From Mobula birostris (taxonomy: Eukaryota), in contig NC_092376.1 in NCBI RefSeq assembly GCF_030028105.1, positions 30,056,935 to 30,120,934 of the forward strand: DNA of 64,000 nt. The letters run 5' to 3'. The translations under genes were made by a program, and so were the position numbers. The notes below the pieces were generated by a model. That model searched no databases. It saw nothing but the letters and a program-made list of their open reading frames with translations, and was not told the origin of the DNA. Positions 62,618-64,000 of the stretch are shown here, one piece after another (within the stretch, counting starts at the first letter, position 1; each line of letters begins with the position of its first letter).

Positions 62618-63193
62618 TTTAATTCAGATTTCCAGTGATTTGGTTTTCTTTACCCATCGATATTATGCAAACTTAATGCTAAATTAAGAAACGTTAACAG
62701 GTTTGCCTTCAATTGGTGCTCCATCAATAATCGAAATAACACATTAACCTAAGAACTGAATTTAGTTCATCTGGTTCACCAGGAAACATCAGGAACAATG
62801 CATTCATATTTCACTAATCCAAATATGTTATATTATTACAAATGAATTCATACCAGTGCAATAATCTGAAATATCTGCATTAACAAAACATCATTTTTTT
62901 CAGTGGTTCCATTTAATATCAGAGAATGTATACAATATACAACCTGAAATTCTTACTCTCCACAGGCATCCATGAAACAGAAGAAATACCCCAAAGAATG
63001 ACTTACAGGAAACAAGAACCCAAGAGCCCCTTCCCACGCACAAGCTGCAGCAAAGCATCAATCCTCTCCCTTCCTCCTCCTGCACTTATTCCAGCAGAAA
63101 GCATGAGCATGCCCACCACCCACCATGAAAGCAACAGAAGTCCCAATCTACAATCCATCAAAAACTAGTGTTCTCCAGTTTGACATGGCAGAG

Positions 63194-63245
63194 TCTCTCT
63201 CTCTCTCTCTCTCTCTCTCACTCACACACACACACACACACACAC
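63194..63245. repeat. Compound (TC)n(AC)n microsatellite
   Basis: Directly visible. Confidence 0.9.
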
Positions 63246-63842
63246 GGGAAAGAGAGGAATCACTCCTTCCCCAGTGAGAGGGGCGATGAACAGCTCACTG
63301 TCTGCTGTGTACATACATCTATTGATGCTTCTGGACACATCTTCAGTGATGTTTCTGGAATCATCGGGTGTTTCGGGTCTTTCAACATCATACAACCTCC
63401 TCCAGGTGACCCAGCCGGGGCTGATCAGACCCCAGCTTGTGTCCAGATGGCTAGCCACTTATGACTCCATGGCTCCCCTCTTTTGAGCCACAGCCATCTT
63501 GAGGCCCTCTCTGCTGCATCGGTGGTACTGCGGATGGCTCTCCTCTTCCTCTCTCCCTCGATGCCCAAAATGCTGAAGGCTCTAACTAAAGAATGGGCTA
63601 CGAATCCCCTACAACCAAGCTCCACTGGGAGACACCTCGCTCTCCACCTAGCCTGCTGACAGTTGCTGACCAGTTCTGCATACTTGGAGAGCTTCCTTTC
63701 AAAGGCCTCTTGTTAACGATCAACGTTATCAAGTTTCTCATTCTATCAGTGCATACATGTATTTGTGCTTATGGCAATAAGCTTGACTTTTGAGTTTTTC
63801 CACTTTTGATGATTATTAATGCACAGAATTCCATTCCGTATT

Positions 63843-64000
63843 TTATTTTATTTAGGAATACAGCATGGTAACAGGCCCTTCTGACCCAATGCACCTTCCC
63901 TGCTCAGTTACACTCATGGGACCAATTAACCAGCTAACCTGCAGGTCTTTGGAATTTGGGAGAAAACCAGAGCACTCGAAGGAAACCCACACGGTCACGG
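63843..64000 (-). mobile_element. V-SINE running off the window edge
   Basis: Tail and reverse V core. Confidence 0.7.

Noticed and set aside
1-64000. Prokaryote-type systems (CRISPR array, retron, operon)
   Set aside because: No regularly spaced repeats or bacterial genes; all RT sequences belong to eukaryotic LINE, PLE or Gypsy clades inside a spliced gene

Overview
Eukaryotic vertebrate DNA, most likely an elasmobranch (shark/ray-type repeat landscape; inference). The window holds the 3' part of ANOS1 (KAL1, anosmin-1) on the minus strand: ten coding exons (equivalent to human exons 5-14) with GT-AG boundaries that join into one open frame ending at a TGA at 2723-2725. Exons 1-4 lie beyond the right edge. 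The introns are packed with retroelements: tRNA-derived V-SINEs, CR1 and Rex1/Babar-type LINEs, a Tx1-like fragment, a deleted Ty3/Gypsy chromovirus with evidence of Tf1-type self-priming, and a 3.2-kb 5'-truncated Penelope-like element (PLE; RT plus GIY-YIG, Neptune-like) with many short derivatives carrying minimal hammerhead ribozymes. The most unusual signals concern the PLE family: 10-16 bp target-site duplications (TSDs), a recurrent architecture in which the last ~45 nt of the tail are moved and inverted to the other end, 10-nt identity between tail and target site in two insertions, and insertion of the long copy into the hammerhead core of a second, palindromic hammerhead element. Repeat boundaries are by eye and approximate; most ORF-track entries are spurious.
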